Source: Patescibacteria group bacterium (lineage in GTDB: Bacteria > Patescibacteriota > Patescibacteriia > UM-FILTER-42-10). From it: a DNA stretch of 64,000 nucleotides. Location of the stretch: assembly GCA_041664365.1 (NCBI GenBank), contig JBAYKW010000002.1:11858-75857 (forward strand). Direction: 5' to 3'. The notes under the pieces are model-generated. The model was not told where the DNA came from, ran no database searches, and worked only from the letters and a program-made list of their open reading frames with translations. A program made the translations under genes and the position numbers. Positions 38,128 through 49,706 of this stretch are shown here, one piece after another; positions within the stretch are counted from its first letter, which is position 1; the number at the start of each line of letters is the position of its first letter.

Positions 38128-40404
38128 ATGTGGTTAAAAATCGTAAAAAATCCGATAACTAAGAAAAAGAATCTGGCAGAAAAAGTGATTCATAACTGCC
38201 TTTATGCGATTGTCTTTTTATTCCCATTAATATTTTTCCCAAATACTGATACCGTGCTGGAATTTCCGAAGCTATTTTTATTTGGAATTCTGGTTATTGT
38301 CGCGACTTCGGCATGGTTAGTTAGAATAATGTTAGAAAAAAAAGTTGTTTTACAACAAAGCCCACTTAATTTATTTGTGCTGATTTTTGGTCTGCTGTAT
38401 CTGCTTGCCACCCTGTTTTCCGTGGATCGATTTATTAGTTTCACCGGCGACGGCTTGTCCCACGGCAGTTTTATCAGTGTTTTATTCGGCATAATTTTCT
38501 ATTTTTTGATTGTAAATTCTGTTCGTGACGTAAAAGATGCTTGGGAGTTAATCCGCGCATTTTTATTCTCCGGACTTTTTGTATTAATTTTCAATTTGTC
38601 TCAGCTTTTTGGTGTGAATATATTCACCTATGATTTTGCCCAAAACAACGCATTTAACTTAGTTGCTAATTCCGTTTCAATATTTGTGATTTACCTGGTT
38701 GTATTATTCATGATTGCCTTCGGATTTTTGGTTAAAAGCGCAAAAAAAATCGACCGGATATTAAGTGAAGTAGTTTTGGTCCTGGCATTTGCGACATTAT
38801 TCTTTCTGGATAAACAACTGGGTTGGTATTTACTGATTGTCGGCATGTTCAGTTGGCTGGTCCTGTTATCCATGCAATCCAGGAAACTAAAGACAGCTAT
38901 AATTATCATTCCAACCGTTCTTTTAGTCATTGCAATCGGCTTTCTGTTTTTCAATACTTCGGCGATTACGGCAGTTGTCGCACCTCAGGACGTTAAGCTG
39001 GATTTCCAGACCGCCTGGCAAATTACGAAAACCGGCGGTATGCAAATGTTCCTGTTCGGTTCTGGTCCGGAGACTTTTTTGCATGATTTTACGAAATTCC
39101 GGCCGGATGATTTCAATAATTCATTGTTATGGCAACTTCGGTTTGATCGCTCTTATAATGAACTATTCCAGATTTTTGCTACCACGGGATTTTTTGTGAC
39201 AATTCTATTTATCGGATTGTTTATTTGGTCGTTGATTCAAATAGGTAAAAAGGTGTTTCAGGCAAAACAGCCGGATGAATCCTGGTTTTACATGGTGACA
39301 ATTATGACTGCGTTATTAGTGCTGTTTATTTCCACTTTTTTCCATCATTTCAGCAGTGCGACATATCTGTTATTTTGGATATTATTAGCTTTAAGTGCAA
39401 GCATTGTTTCTACAAAATCGAAAAAGATTGATTTCCAAAAATCTTCTTTGGGAAATTTCGCGCTTTCCTTCATCTTGGCGCTGCTATTGGTCGGTTCTGT
39501 CTCATTTCTTTATTTTGGCGTGAGGATCCTGGCTAGTGAAAACAATTTTGCTCGGGCAGAAATTGAAGCAAAAAATTCAAAAGATATCAGTACGGTTAAC
39601 AAGTATTTGGAAAATTCCGTGAAACAGACGCCATGGAATTCCCAGTATCATCTTACCCTGGCTGAACAATATGTCTTAACAAGCAGTTTGGATTCGAGTA
39701 GTGTCAGCGCGATGCAATATCTGGCTGATGCAAAATCCGAGGTTGATCTTGCAATAAAGCGGGCACCGAAGAATGTTTCGGTTATTGAGCAAAGCGCGGA
39801 GATCTACCGGATAATTAACAATCTGAACGGTCCGGTGTCAGTCACAGATGTTTTTGATACTTACAAAAAAGCAATTTTACTTGACCCGAACAATGCAAGT
39901 TTGATTTATAACGTTGCCAAGGTTTATCTCGCCAGCGCGGAAACTTTGGGTCAATCGGACAGCATTACTCCTGAAATTGAGGAGGAAATAAACACTTTAC
40001 TGTTAGCATCCGAGCAATATGCCCGTGAGTCAATTGGTTTGAGAAATGATTTTTGGGAAGCGGAATTGATACTGGCGAAAACATTAAAACTCCAGGATAA
40101 AACTCAGGATGCTGTTGATATTCTTACCGAGTCGGTCAATCGTAATCCTTACAATCTCTCATTACGCGAAGAATTTGCTGTTGATTTGATTGCTTTGAAT
40201 GAGTTAGATAAAGCTAAAGAGCAATTACAGATAATAATTTCCCTGCAACCAGACCATGCCAACGCCCATTTCTGGCTAGCGGTAGTATATGAACAACTAG
40301 GGGATAAAGAAAACGCCATTACTGAGTTAGAAATGGTGCTTAGTACAAATCCGGATAATGAAATTATAAAAGAAAAATTGTCTAAATTAAAGGAAGGGGA
40401 ATAG
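38128..40404 (+). CDS. O-antigen-ligase-like polytopic membrane protein with C-terminal TPR repeats
   Basis: about 12 TMs, FGSGPETF..N, TPR-like tail. Confidence 0.7.
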   Translation: MWLKIVKNPITKKKNLAEKVIHNCLYAIVFLFPLIFFPNTDTVLEFPKLFLFGILVIVATSAWLVRIMLEKKVVLQQSPLNLFVLIFGLLYLLATLFSVDRFISFTGDGLSHGSFISVLFGIIFYFLIVNSVRDVKDAWELIRAFLFSGLFVLIFNLSQLFGVNIFTYDFAQNNAFNLVANSVSIFVIYLVVLFMIAFGFLVKSAKKIDRILSEVVLVLAFATLFFLDKQLGWYLLIVGMFSWLVLLSMQSRKLKTAIIIIPTVLLVIAIGFLFFNTSAITAVVAPQDVKLDFQTAWQITKTGGMQMFLFGSGPETFLHDFTKFRPDDFNNSLLWQLRFDRSYNELFQIFATTGFFVTILFIGLFIWSLIQIGKKVFQAKQPDESWFYMVTIMTALLVLFISTFFHHFSSATYLLFWILLALSASIVSTKSKKIDFQKSSLGNFALSFILALLLVGSVSFLYFGVRILASENNFARAEIEAKNSKDISTVNKYLENSVKQTPWNSQYHLTLAEQYVLTSSLDSSSVSAMQYLADAKSEVDLAIKRAPKNVSVIEQSAEIYRIINNLNGPVSVTDVFDTYKKAILLDPNNASLIYNVAKVYLASAETLGQSDSITPEIEEEINTLLLASEQYARESIGLRNDFWEAELILAKTLKLQDKTQDAVDILTESVNRNPYNLSLREEFAVDLIALNELDKAKEQLQIIISLQPDHANAHFWLAVVYEQLGDKENAITELEMVLSTNPDNEIIKEKLSKLKEGE

Positions 40405-40411
40405 CAGGCTG

Positions 40412-41851
40412 CTAATTTTGCCTGCTGTAGTACCTGATCTTTTCCCGCGCGATATTTGTTTTAACGAAGCTGAGCCAGTCGGTGCTCGGCTTTTTACGAT
40501 TTTTATCAATAATTATTTCTACCATATCGCCGCTTTTCAATGTCGTATCCAGACTCGCTATTTTTTCGTTTATTCTTGTGCCAATACATTTAATCCCGAC
40601 ATCTGTGTGGATAGTAAATGCAAAATCAACTGGCGTCGAATCTTCCGGTAAATCAATTACATCTCCTTTGGGTGTAAAAACAAAAATTCTGTTTTGAAAA
40701 ATATCTACTTTTATCGCTTCCAAGAAATGAGTTTTGTCTTTTGACTCTTTTTGTATAGTAACGAGATCTTTTATCCAGTTGGGGGAATCAATCGTAATTC
40801 CCCGGCCATTTTTTGTTTTTCCTGATTCAGAATAATGCCAATGGGCGGCAATTCCGTATTCAGCAAATTCATGCATTTCGGGAGTCCGAATCTGAAACTC
40901 CACCAGTTTGCCGTTTAAACAAAAAACTGTGGTGTGCAGTGATTGATAACCGTTCGGTTTTGGCGTGGCAATATAGTCTTTAATTCTGCCTGTTAGAGGC
41001 TTCCAGTATTTATGGATGATTCCAAGGGTGGCATAGCAGTCGCTGATTGTCGGTACGATTATACGCAACGCTACAAGATCGTATATTTTACTGAAATCCT
41101 TATCCTTCATCAGCAGTTTTTTATACAAGCTATACAGATATTTAGTACGGCCATGGATCGATAAGGATTCGATTCCCTCTTTTCTTAATATTACTTTAAT
41201 TTCTTTTATGACCTCTTCTAAATATTTCTCTTGTTTTACAATTCTTCCTTTTGTTTCTTTCATCAGCCAGGCATATTCCTCCGGTAGGACATGGGGAAAT
41301 GATAGATCCTCAAGCATACCTTTTATTTCGCCCATACCGAGTCTGTTGGCGATCGGGGAATAAATCTCCAGGGTTTCCATGGCAATTCTCCTCCGCTTTT
41401 CTTCCGGTAGGGCATCCAGTGTTTCTAAATTATGCATGCGGTCGGCAAATTTGATCAGAATTATTCTGACATCTTTGGCCATGGCCAGGAACATTTTTCT
41501 GAGATTCTCCACATATCTTTGCATACCGCGGTATTTTATTTTACCGAGTTTGGTGATCCCCGCAACCAAAGTTGCGATGTCTTTGCCGAATTCTTTTCTG
41601 ATATCTTCAATTGTTAAATCGGTATCTTCCGGAACGTCGTGCAATAATCCGGCAATAATAATTTTTTCGTCCAACCCCATATCTACTAAATTGCTGGCTG
41701 TATGGAGCGGATGTTGTATATAATCCTCTCCAGAGCGTCTTTTCTGCCCCTTGTGGGCCTCTTTGGCATAATCATAAGCCAAACGAATCATGTCCAGATC
41801 CATTTTGGGGTTTTTCTTCGCTATTTTATTCAGTAATTGTTGTATAGTCAT
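40412..41851 (-). CDS. rel: RelA/SpoT homolog (HD+SYNTH+TGS, no ZFD/ACT)
   Basis: LLHDVPED, ADRMHN, PKPNGYQSLHT, AAHW.Y, FTPKG. Confidence 0.92.
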   Translation of the reverse strand: MTIQQLLNKIAKKNPKMDLDMIRLAYDYAKEAHKGQKRRSGEDYIQHPLHTASNLVDMGLDEKIIIAGLLHDVPEDTDLTIEDIRKEFGKDIATLVAGITKLGKIKYRGMQRYVENLRKMFLAMAKDVRIILIKFADRMHNLETLDALPEEKRRRIAMETLEIYSPIANRLGMGEIKGMLEDLSFPHVLPEEYAWLMKETKGRIVKQEKYLEEVIKEIKVILRKEGIESLSIHGRTKYLYSLYKKLLMKDKDFSKIYDLVALRIIVPTISDCYATLGIIHKYWKPLTGRIKDYIATPKPNGYQSLHTTVFCLNGKLVEFQIRTPEMHEFAEYGIAAHWHYSESGKTKNGRGITIDSPNWIKDLVTIQKESKDKTHFLEAIKVDIFQNRIFVFTPKGDVIDLPEDSTPVDFAFTIHTDVGIKCIGTRINEKIASLDTTLKSGDMVEIIIDKNRKKPSTDWLSFVKTNIAREKIRYYSRQN

Positions 41852-41950
41852 TGGGGGGGGTCGAAATATATTTCCAGTTTAGAATACAATCACCCAACAA
41901 TCAAGCGTAAATCAAAAGAAGAGCATTTCGCTCTTCTTTAATAAGAATAT

Positions 41951-42667
41951 TTATTTGATTTTTTTAGCCTTTTTTTCAAGCATAGCAATCGCATCTTCCA
42001 GCGTGACGGAATCGCTGGTAATTGTTTTAGGAACGGATACATTTATTTTACCGTTCGTAATATATGGTCCGAATTTTCCTTCTTTGATAATAATGTCATT
42101 TCGCTCCTCATCCTGTCCCAGATTGATCACCGCAGATTTACCGCCCGGCCTGAGCTTGTCACCCTTCAGTAGGTCTCTTGCCTCATCCAGCGTGATTTTT
42201 AATGGTGACAGGTTTGACGGGAGACTGCGGGTTTCTTTTCCCGCTTTGATGTAAGGTCCGAATTTTCCGTTGGATACTGTAATAATTTCACCATCATCAG
42301 CTGTGCCCAGAGTTTTCGGTAAAGTCAAAAGTTCCAGGGCCGTATCAAGATTTAATTTTTTAGCATCCATTCCCCTAAGTAGTGATGCTGTTTTTGGTTT
42401 TCTGCCCTTTTCTGAATCTCCCAGCTGAATATATGTGCCATAACGTCCTTCTTTCAGGTAAACCGGTTTTTTTGTTTCCGGATCATCACCGATTAACCGG
42501 TCCTCATGCATTTCTTGCTTAACTCCTTCTCGGACAATATTAATCGTATTTTTGCAGTCAGGATAACCGGTACATGCCAGAAACTCACCGTATCTGCCGG
42601 ATCTTAAAACCATCGTTTTCCCGCATCGGTCGCAAATTTCTTCAATTTTAGGCTCTGTATTATCCAT
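41951..42667 (-). CDS. stand-alone topoisomerase I C-terminal protein (Zn ribbon + Topo_C repeats)
   Basis: CDRCG..GRYG.F..C..YP.C then three G(R/K)(Y/F)G.YI repeats. Confidence 0.75.
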   Translation of the reverse strand: MDNTEPKIEEICDRCGKTMVLRSGRYGEFLACTGYPDCKNTINIVREGVKQEMHEDRLIGDDPETKKPVYLKEGRYGTYIQLGDSEKGRKPKTASLLRGMDAKKLNLDTALELLTLPKTLGTADDGEIITVSNGKFGPYIKAGKETRSLPSNLSPLKITLDEARDLLKGDKLRPGGKSAVINLGQDEERNDIIIKEGKFGPYITNGKINVSVPKTITSDSVTLEDAIAMLEKKAKKIK

Positions 42668-42668
42668 G

Positions 42669-44870
42669 TTATTTTGTCAGTTTATGTGGGTTATGGTTCG
42701 GGCAGGTTTTATCACTGCACCTTTCCGGGATCGTTTTTGTTCCCTCCATCATTAGAGCACCGCATACTCCCGTTTCTCTGGTATATTCACAAAATCTTCC
42801 GGTCGGTTTGGCCTTGATGGCGTGTTTGCATTTCGGATAATTAGAACAGCTGTAAAATTTTCCGAACCGCCCTCTTTTTTCCACCATTTCACCGTCTTTG
42901 CATACAGTACATTTAACTCCAGTGGAATTCTGGCCGTTTTCACTGTTCTTGATGTATTTGCATTTCGGATAATTAGAACAGGAGATAAATAATCCGTACT
43001 TTCCTTCGCGTTCCACCTGTTTACCGTCCTTACATTCCGGACACGGATCACCGGTTTCTTTCGGACCCTGCATTTCCTTGCCGTCGATTGTCCTGCTACC
43101 ACTGCAATCGGGAAACTTGGCACAGCTTAAAAATTTTCCGGAGCGTCCGAGTTTGATTATCATTTCAGACTGGCATTTCGGGCACTTGATATCTTTATCC
43201 GCTTTACCGAGGTTGGTTATTTTTGCTATTTTATCTTTTGCTTTCACGTCTTTGGAAAAAGGTCCATAAAAATCTTTGAGGGTTTTTACATAATCTCTTT
43301 TACCCTGGGCGATTTCATCCAATTCATCTTCCATTTCAGCGGTAAATGAATCGCTAATATAATTTGCAAAATTGTCCTCCAGGAATTTGCTGACCACTTC
43401 GCCGGTATCGGTCGGTTTTAAAGCACGGCCTTCTTTTTCAACATATCCTCGGGAAATTATCGTATTAATAATTGACGCGTAAGTGCTCGGTCGTCCGATT
43501 CCTCGTTTTTCCAGTTCTTTAACCAGGCCGGCTTCAGTGTATCTGGGTAGCGGTTGTGTTTGCTTTTCGAGCGAATTTATTTGATCTAAAGTCAGGGGAT
43601 CTGCAACTTTCAATTTCGGCAGATCCACCTCTTCATTACGCGCTGTCGGATCAGCCAGAAGCCATCCGGGATTAATAATATGTGTTCCGTTGACAGCAAA
43701 ATCAGGTATACTGCCATTTGTGATATTTGCAGTGATCTTTGTTTTCAATAGCAATGCGTCAATCATTTGGCTCGCCATGGTTCTTTGCCAAATCAGCTGG
43801 TAAAGTTTTTTCTGATCATCAGTGGCGCCGGCAGTTTTTTTGGAAAAATCTGACGGTCTGATCGCTTCGTGCGCTTCCTGCGCATTTTTACTTTTGGTTT
43901 TGAATACTCTGACCTGGACTAATTTATCACCATACTCTTTAGTTATGGTCCTCGTGATGTTGCCGAGTGATTCTTTACTCAGATTGGTACTGTCGGTACG
44001 CATGTAGGTGATGTATCCAGCTTCATAAAGCCTCTGAGCAGTACTCATCGTACGCGATGGAGTAAAACCAAAACGTGAACTGGCGGTTTGTTGCAGGGTA
44101 GAAGTTGTAAAAGGTGCGCGCGGACTCCGCTTTGCTTCATTTTCTTTCATTTCAATAACCTGCCAGGCGCCTTTTTTGCCTTGTTCAATAATACTGTCAA
44201 CTTCTTTGATGTCTTTTGGTTCGACAGAACAATTGAATTGTATTTTAATATTTTCTTTAGTTACCAAATCAGCAGTTATCTGCCAATAGGTCTCCGGCAC
44301 AAATTTCTGGATCAGTCTCTCTCGCTCAACCAAAATCCGCAAGGCGGGGGATTGAACTCTCCCTGCTGACAAACCATATCTAACCTTTTTCCAGATTAAT
44401 CCGCTCAGATCATAACCAACCAGCCTGTCTAGTACCCTGCGTGCTTCCTGTGCAATACGCAGATTCTGATCGATCTCCCTCGGATTAGCGATCGCTTCGT
44501 CTATTGCTGACTGGGTAATTTCGTGAAATACAATTCGTTTGATTTTTTTACTATTTCCGTCACTATTCAGTACCTCGGCTATATGCCAGGCAATAGCCTC
44601 TCCTTCACGGTCAGGGTCAGTTGCCAGCAAAATCTCATCCGACACTTTCGCAATCTTTCGCAATTCCGCCACAATTACTCTTTTATCTGCCGAAATCTCA
44701 TACCTTGGCACAAATCCCGCCTCAATATCGATTGCCTGCTTATTACTTTTCGGAATATCGCGAATATGACCGACACTGGCCTTAACGGTGTATTCTGAAT
44801 GATCACCTAAAAGTTTAGTAACTGTTTTTGATTTCGTAGGTGACTCAACGATGACTAGTTTTTTTGTCAT
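42669..44870 (-). CDS. topA: DNA topoisomerase I
   Basis: IVESP, D.DREGE, SAGRVQ, ITYMRTD, AHEAIRP, GRPSTYA, Zn ribbons. Confidence 0.95.
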   Translation of the reverse strand: MTKKLVIVESPTKSKTVTKLLGDHSEYTVKASVGHIRDIPKSNKQAIDIEAGFVPRYEISADKRVIVAELRKIAKVSDEILLATDPDREGEAIAWHIAEVLNSDGNSKKIKRIVFHEITQSAIDEAIANPREIDQNLRIAQEARRVLDRLVGYDLSGLIWKKVRYGLSAGRVQSPALRILVERERLIQKFVPETYWQITADLVTKENIKIQFNCSVEPKDIKEVDSIIEQGKKGAWQVIEMKENEAKRSPRAPFTTSTLQQTASSRFGFTPSRTMSTAQRLYEAGYITYMRTDSTNLSKESLGNITRTITKEYGDKLVQVRVFKTKSKNAQEAHEAIRPSDFSKKTAGATDDQKKLYQLIWQRTMASQMIDALLLKTKITANITNGSIPDFAVNGTHIINPGWLLADPTARNEEVDLPKLKVADPLTLDQINSLEKQTQPLPRYTEAGLVKELEKRGIGRPSTYASIINTIISRGYVEKEGRALKPTDTGEVVSKFLEDNFANYISDSFTAEMEDELDEIAQGKRDYVKTLKDFYGPFSKDVKAKDKIAKITNLGKADKDIKCPKCQSEMIIKLGRSGKFLSCAKFPDCSGSRTIDGKEMQGPKETGDPCPECKDGKQVEREGKYGLFISCSNYPKCKYIKNSENGQNSTGVKCTVCKDGEMVEKRGRFGKFYSCSNYPKCKHAIKAKPTGRFCEYTRETGVCGALMMEGTKTIPERCSDKTCPNHNPHKLTK

Positions 44871-44965
44871 AAAAAATAAAGAATTTTTACAATACTTCTA
44901 TATATAACCGCAAATGAGATTACTGTCAAATATTCCCGCCATAATTCTGTTTTCGGTGGGAAGAT

Positions 44966-46048
44966 CTATTTAGCAATAACGTAATTCATTCCGCCGATAT
45001 TTCTTACCTTTCCCTTCATTTCCATTAATGTCAGGGTGGAGCTTGTTACTGTCGCGCTAAGTCCGCTTTGCGTAACGATATCGTCAATGTGAGTCGGTTC
45101 AGATGAAATAGCAGAGAATATTTTAGCCTCTTCCGGATTATCGGCTATTACATCGCTTTTCACCTGCCTGGTAATTTTTGCTGAAATATTTAATGTTTCC
45201 AAAATGTCGTCTGAACTGGTTACCACTCTTGCACCCATTTTAATCAGGTTATTCGGACCAACAGAACTTTTTTGATAGATACTGCCGGGTACGGCAAAAA
45301 CCTCCCGATTCTGTTCAAGGGCGAATCGTGCTGTAATTAATGCCCCGCTTTTTTGACCCGCCTCTATCACTACACAGCCCTTACTTAATCCGGAAATTAT
45401 TCTGTTTCTGATCGGGAAATGATATTTTAGCGGGGCAGTGCCAAGCGGAAATTCGGAAATGATCATGCCATTTTTTTCAATAATCTCATGCGCAAGGATT
45501 GTATGAGTCTGGGGGTGCAATATATCCAGTCCCGAGCCTAAAACAGCCACGGTTGTCCCGTCATTATCTAATACCGCCTGATGTACAATCCCATCAATGC
45601 CCAAAGCCATCCCGGAGGCAATACAAATTTTTTCCTGGGCAAGATTACCCGCAATGTCTTTTGCAACTTCCCGACCGTAAGCGGTAGGGTTGCGGGTACC
45701 GACAATGGCGATTGTTAATTTATTTAACGCGTCCCGGTTACCTTTCCAATACAACACAGCTGGTGGACTGGATATTTCTTTCAAAAGATTGGGATATGCT
45801 TGGCTTTCTAAGGTAATCATTTTCACGCCGTGCTTTTCCAGTTTTTCCCACTCCTTGGTCGGGTTAATCAGACATCTTTTTTCCACAATTATCTGCGCAA
45901 TTTTTGGCAGTACGCCACATGCACATAATTCAAGATATGTAGCTTTCCATGCATTTTCCATATTGCCAAAACCGGCAATCAGCTTTTTAAAAGTCCGTGG
46001 TCCGACCTGCGGGATGCAGTTAAAGCTATTCCAGAATATTTGATCCAT
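44966..46048 (-). CDS. dprA: DNA processing protein
   Basis: AIVGTR, SG.A.GID, FP.RNRIISG, SGALITA. Confidence 0.93.
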   Translation of the reverse strand: MDQIFWNSFNCIPQVGPRTFKKLIAGFGNMENAWKATYLELCACGVLPKIAQIIVEKRCLINPTKEWEKLEKHGVKMITLESQAYPNLLKEISSPPAVLYWKGNRDALNKLTIAIVGTRNPTAYGREVAKDIAGNLAQEKICIASGMALGIDGIVHQAVLDNDGTTVAVLGSGLDILHPQTHTILAHEIIEKNGMIISEFPLGTAPLKYHFPIRNRIISGLSKGCVVIEAGQKSGALITARFALEQNREVFAVPGSIYQKSSVGPNNLIKMGARVVTSSDDILETLNISAKITRQVKSDVIADNPEEAKIFSAISSEPTHIDDIVTQSGLSATVTSSTLTLMEMKGKVRNIGGMNYVIAK

Positions 46049-46190
46049 TATGTTTGACAGGTTAATGCGTAGATGTTAAGTTTTTTCTGTTATCGGGTAC
46101 CCCGATAGCAGTGAAAGGTTGGTGAATGGTTTTGCTCATTGATTTTCCACCTTGACCGGGAGCTTTACTCCCACGTCGAAAGAGGGGAAC

Positions 46191-46460
46191 ATGCCTCATA
46201 CCAGTCATCCTGCGGACCAGCCGGAACTGTTTCCTGCCGTGTCCGAACCTCAGGAAAAGGAGATCTTCCGGTGGGAGATCAGGGTTCTTGGCGGAGAGAC
46301 GTTTACGGTAGACGGCACTACTCTGCGCGAAGCAATCACCGAAGTTGGTCGCGCAAAAGGGCTGACCGGTCAGCCCGAAACCGTTTACCGCAATGCTCAT
46401 CGGCTGTATCAGCCGGAATTTGTCTCCAAGACCGCAGTGCGGTTTCTGGAACAAAAATAA
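46191..46460 (+). CDS. small hypothetical protein (GC-rich cassette gene)
   Basis: AGAGGGG SD, upstream TTGACA, downstream hairpin+T-run; opposite strand to neighbours. Confidence 0.45.
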   Translation: MPHTSHPADQPELFPAVSEPQEKEIFRWEIRVLGGETFTVDGTTLREAITEVGRAKGLTGQPETVYRNAHRLYQPEFVSKTAVRFLEQK

Positions 46461-46497
46461 CAGGGCCAATAGTGTTTGGACGCCCTGTTTTTCTTTC

Positions 46498-49400
46498 TTA
46501 GAGAATACTAACACACTTCTTAATATCTTTCAACCAGTCTTTTGCAAGTGCATCGAGATCAATCTTAACCGTAAACTCACCAAGTGACCATTGGTCACTG
46601 ACGGTAAATAACTGTTCAATTTGGGTCGGTACTAAACTTTTATTAAATTTAAAGACAATTCTTTTTCTGGCTACTTCTTCCGAGTCAGTTACAAAAGTGG
46701 TATCTATGCTTGTTACACTGCTTTTCTGGGCTAGTACTTTTATTTCTAATAGAGAGATGAGGTTCCTGTATTCTTCCGGTGCTTTTGTCATCAAGGAAAA
46801 CTGATTGGCCAATTTGTGTAATTCTTTTATATCGCGCGTGGCAGATAATTTTTGATACCAATGCAGCCTCTTTTCTTCGCGTGGTTCCATTGATGTGGGG
46901 ATTAATGCGGAAATCGGGAGATCAATACTGACATCTCTGACCGGTTCCGCGATCTTTCCTGTTTTGATTTCTTCTGCTGATTGCTGGATCAGATTCAAAT
47001 ATAAATTCAGGCCGATTGCATTTATTTTTCCGTGTTGTTGTTTTCCTAAAAGATTGCCGGTACCGCGGATTTCCAGGTCACGCAGAGCAAGTTGGAATCC
47101 ACTGCCGAGTTCTTTTGCCTCCATCAGTGCAATCAGTCTTTTTTTTGCGTCCGGGGTAAGTTGTTTACTTTTGTACAAGAAATAGGCAAAGGCCTGCCGG
47201 TCGGCACGGCCGATCCTTCCTCTTAATTGATATAGCTGTGACAAGCCGAAGTTAGTTGCATCCTCCACAATTAATGTATTGGCATTCGGCAGGTCTAACC
47301 CGTTTTCAATTATTGTAGTTGAAACTAAAACATCGATTTCTCCGTTATCAAAACTTTCCATGACATTCATCATCGCATGTTCTTCCATTTGCCCGTGTAC
47401 AATTCCGATTCTGGCTCCGGGCGCCAGTTTTTTAATTTGTTTTGCTTTGGCTTCGATTGTTTCTACTTGATTATGGAGAAAATAAACCTGGCCATTGCGC
47501 TTTAATTCCGATTGGATTGCGTCAATTATCAATTCATCCTGAGCCGGACGGATAATCGTTTCGATCGGCAGTCGCCCAGGGGGTGCGGTTTCAATGGTAC
47601 TAATATCTTTTAATCCCGACAGGGCAAAGTTTAGTGTGCGGGGTATGGGTGTGGCAGTCAGGGTTAAAATGTGAACATTACTTTTCAGTCTTTTTAATTT
47701 TTCTTTATGTTCAACACCGAAACGCTGTTCTTCATCCACAATAATCAACCCAAGATTTTTGAATCGAATATCTTTGGAAAGCAGCCGATGGGTTCCAATA
47801 ACAATATCAATTTGATTATTATTCAGCTGTTCTACGATTTCTTTCTGTTCTTTCGATGTTTTTAGCCGGCTGAGCAAAGCGATGTTGATGCCAAAATGCT
47901 CCAGCCGTTCTTTAAATGTATCATAATGCTGTTGAGTCAGAATGGTAGTGGGGGAAAGTAGCGCGACCTGCATGCCGTTCATCACTGTTTTAAATGCCGC
48001 TCTGATTGCGACTTCCGTTTTGCCAAATCCTACATCTCCGCAAACCAGACGGTCCATGGGAACATTTTTTGCCAGATCACTATTTATTTCATCAATTGAG
48101 CGTTTTTGATCAGCTGTCATTTCAAACTCAAAAGTATTAGCCAGTTTTCTTTCATCCGCAGTTTCTTTTTTTAACGGGATTGTTTCCGATTGTGTTCTTA
48201 GTGTTGATGTTTCTAAAAGTTGTCTTGCTAGTTTTAATGAATCACGTTTTATTCTTAAACACACTTCTTTCCAATTCCCGCTACCAAGCCGGTGTAAGGG
48301 GGGATTCTGCTTGCCGATATATTTATTCAGTTTTTCTGCCTGGTAGATGGGGACGAACAGCTTGTCACCGTGATCATATTCCAGATAGAAAAATTCCCGG
48401 AGCATCCCTTCTATTTCTTTTTTTACCATACCGCGAAACCGAGCGATGCCATGGTCCAGATGAACAACGATATCCCCGGCTTTCAATTCCGCCAAAAATT
48501 TATGATCAATGCTTGATGCCTTGATTTTTTGTTCCCCATTTGAATAACCGAAGATTTCCTGATCAGTAAAAAAAGCGATTCTGTGTAACGGCAGGGTAAA
48601 ACCTTCCAATAATGGAGGCGCGGCATTGATAAAATTAATACTTTTTCTTAACGGACCTAATTTCTTAATTACATTTTCCAGTTCCGGCTTTTTTGAAGTT
48701 GCAATAAATATTGAATATTTATTCCTTGCTAATTCAGTGACTTCTATAACAAATTTTTCCAGATTATGATGGAAGAGAGGGGCGCTTTTAAAATCAATAA
48801 TTATTTCCTTAGCATCTTTCGGAAAGGATTCAAAAACAATTCTGGGGTGGGGGTATAATTTTTTATCGATTCTTTTCCAATCGTATGAAAATTCCTCAAG
48901 CTCAACGGGATCCATATATACGATACTTAGAGAATTATGCATGGAAACGTATTCCAATATTGAATGTTCAAATCGGGAAACAGGAAAATTACCAAGGATT
49001 GATACAGAGTCAACACCCCCTTTACTTTTTTTATCAGCCGGGTCGTAGAAAGAAATATTTTCCACTATTTCTCCTTCAAAATCTATTTTTACCGGCAATG
49101 GATATTGAGGTGAAAAAATATTTAACGTGCCACCTTTTTGACTGAACATCAAAGGTGCAGACGCGAAATTTTCTTTTACATATCCTAATTCAACTAATTT
49201 TTTTGCCAGGTCGGTTGTCGGGATAGTGCTGTCTTTTAAGATATTAATCTGATGATTTTCAAAATCTTTCGGGTCAGCTACAATCTCTTCCAATCCGGAT
49301 ATCGAGCATAAAACAATCACCGGTTTTTGAGTAAGTAGTGACCAAAGTATTTTGGTCTTTTCTGTTTCATTTTGATTGTCCCAAACATAAACCTCGCGCG

Positions 49401-49647
49401 TATCAAATGCAAATGATTTCAACCAAAAATTCAGCATTACCCTAATTGTCTCCGATTGTCCTGAATCCTTGGTTAACCAAAAAAGCGCCCTGTGATCAAA
49501 TGAGGGGGAGGTGAGGATATTACTGATGATTAATGATTGCAGAGTTCCGTTACTCAGGGCTGAAAACGTGTTTTCAGTCAGCTCATTTCCGTGTTTTGGT
49601 AATGCTTCTGAGATGAGGTTGCGGAATCCGAGATTGATTTTTTCCAC
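46498..49647 (-). CDS. mfd: transcription-repair coupling factor
   Basis: VVH.DHGI CarD-like domain, [30 protein letters not shown]. Confidence 0.93.
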   Translation of the reverse strand: MEKINLGFRNLISEALPKHGNELTENTFSALSNGTLQSLIISNILTSPSFDHRALFWLTKDSGQSETIRVMLNFWLKSFAFDTREVYVWDNQNETEKTKILWSLLTQKPVIVLCSISGLEEIVADPKDFENHQINILKDSTIPTTDLAKKLVELGYVKENFASAPLMFSQKGGTLNIFSPQYPLPVKIDFEGEIVENISFYDPADKKSKGGVDSVSILGNFPVSRFEHSILEYVSMHNSLSIVYMDPVELEEFSYDWKRIDKKLYPHPRIVFESFPKDAKEIIIDFKSAPLFHHNLEKFVIEVTELARNKYSIFIATSKKPELENVIKKLGPLRKSINFINAAPPLLEGFTLPLHRIAFFTDQEIFGYSNGEQKIKASSIDHKFLAELKAGDIVVHLDHGIARFRGMVKKEIEGMLREFFYLEYDHGDKLFVPIYQAEKLNKYIGKQNPPLHRLGSGNWKEVCLRIKRDSLKLARQLLETSTLRTQSETIPLKKETADERKLANTFEFEMTADQKRSIDEINSDLAKNVPMDRLVCGDVGFGKTEVAIRAAFKTVMNGMQVALLSPTTILTQQHYDTFKERLEHFGINIALLSRLKTSKEQKEIVEQLNNNQIDIVIGTHRLLSKDIRFKNLGLIIVDEEQRFGVEHKEKLKRLKSNVHILTLTATPIPRTLNFALSGLKDISTIETAPPGRLPIETIIRPAQDELIIDAIQSELKRNGQVYFLHNQVETIEAKAKQIKKLAPGARIGIVHGQMEEHAMMNVMESFDNGEIDVLVSTTIIENGLDLPNANTLIVEDATNFGLSQLYQLRGRIGRADRQAFAYFLYKSKQLTPDAKKRLIALMEAKELGSGFQLALRDLEIRGTGNLLGKQQHGKINAIGLNLYLNLIQQSAEEIKTGKIAEPVRDVSIDLPISALIPTSMEPREEKRLHWYQKLSATRDIKELHKLANQFSLMTKAPEEYRNLISLLEIKVLAQKSSVTSIDTTFVTDSEEVARKRIVFKFNKSLVPTQIEQLFTVSDQWSLGEFTVKIDLDALAKDWLKDIKKCVSIL

Positions 49648-49706
49648 TTTTGTTAAATTTCGAGGCTAAAATTAGCCAAATATTATACTGTTTGAGTTTA
49701 TAAATC

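Noticed and set aside
40412-41851. Truncated Rel as a pseudogene
   Set aside because: HD, synthetase and TGS motifs are intact with a clean stop; a naturally short form is more likely.
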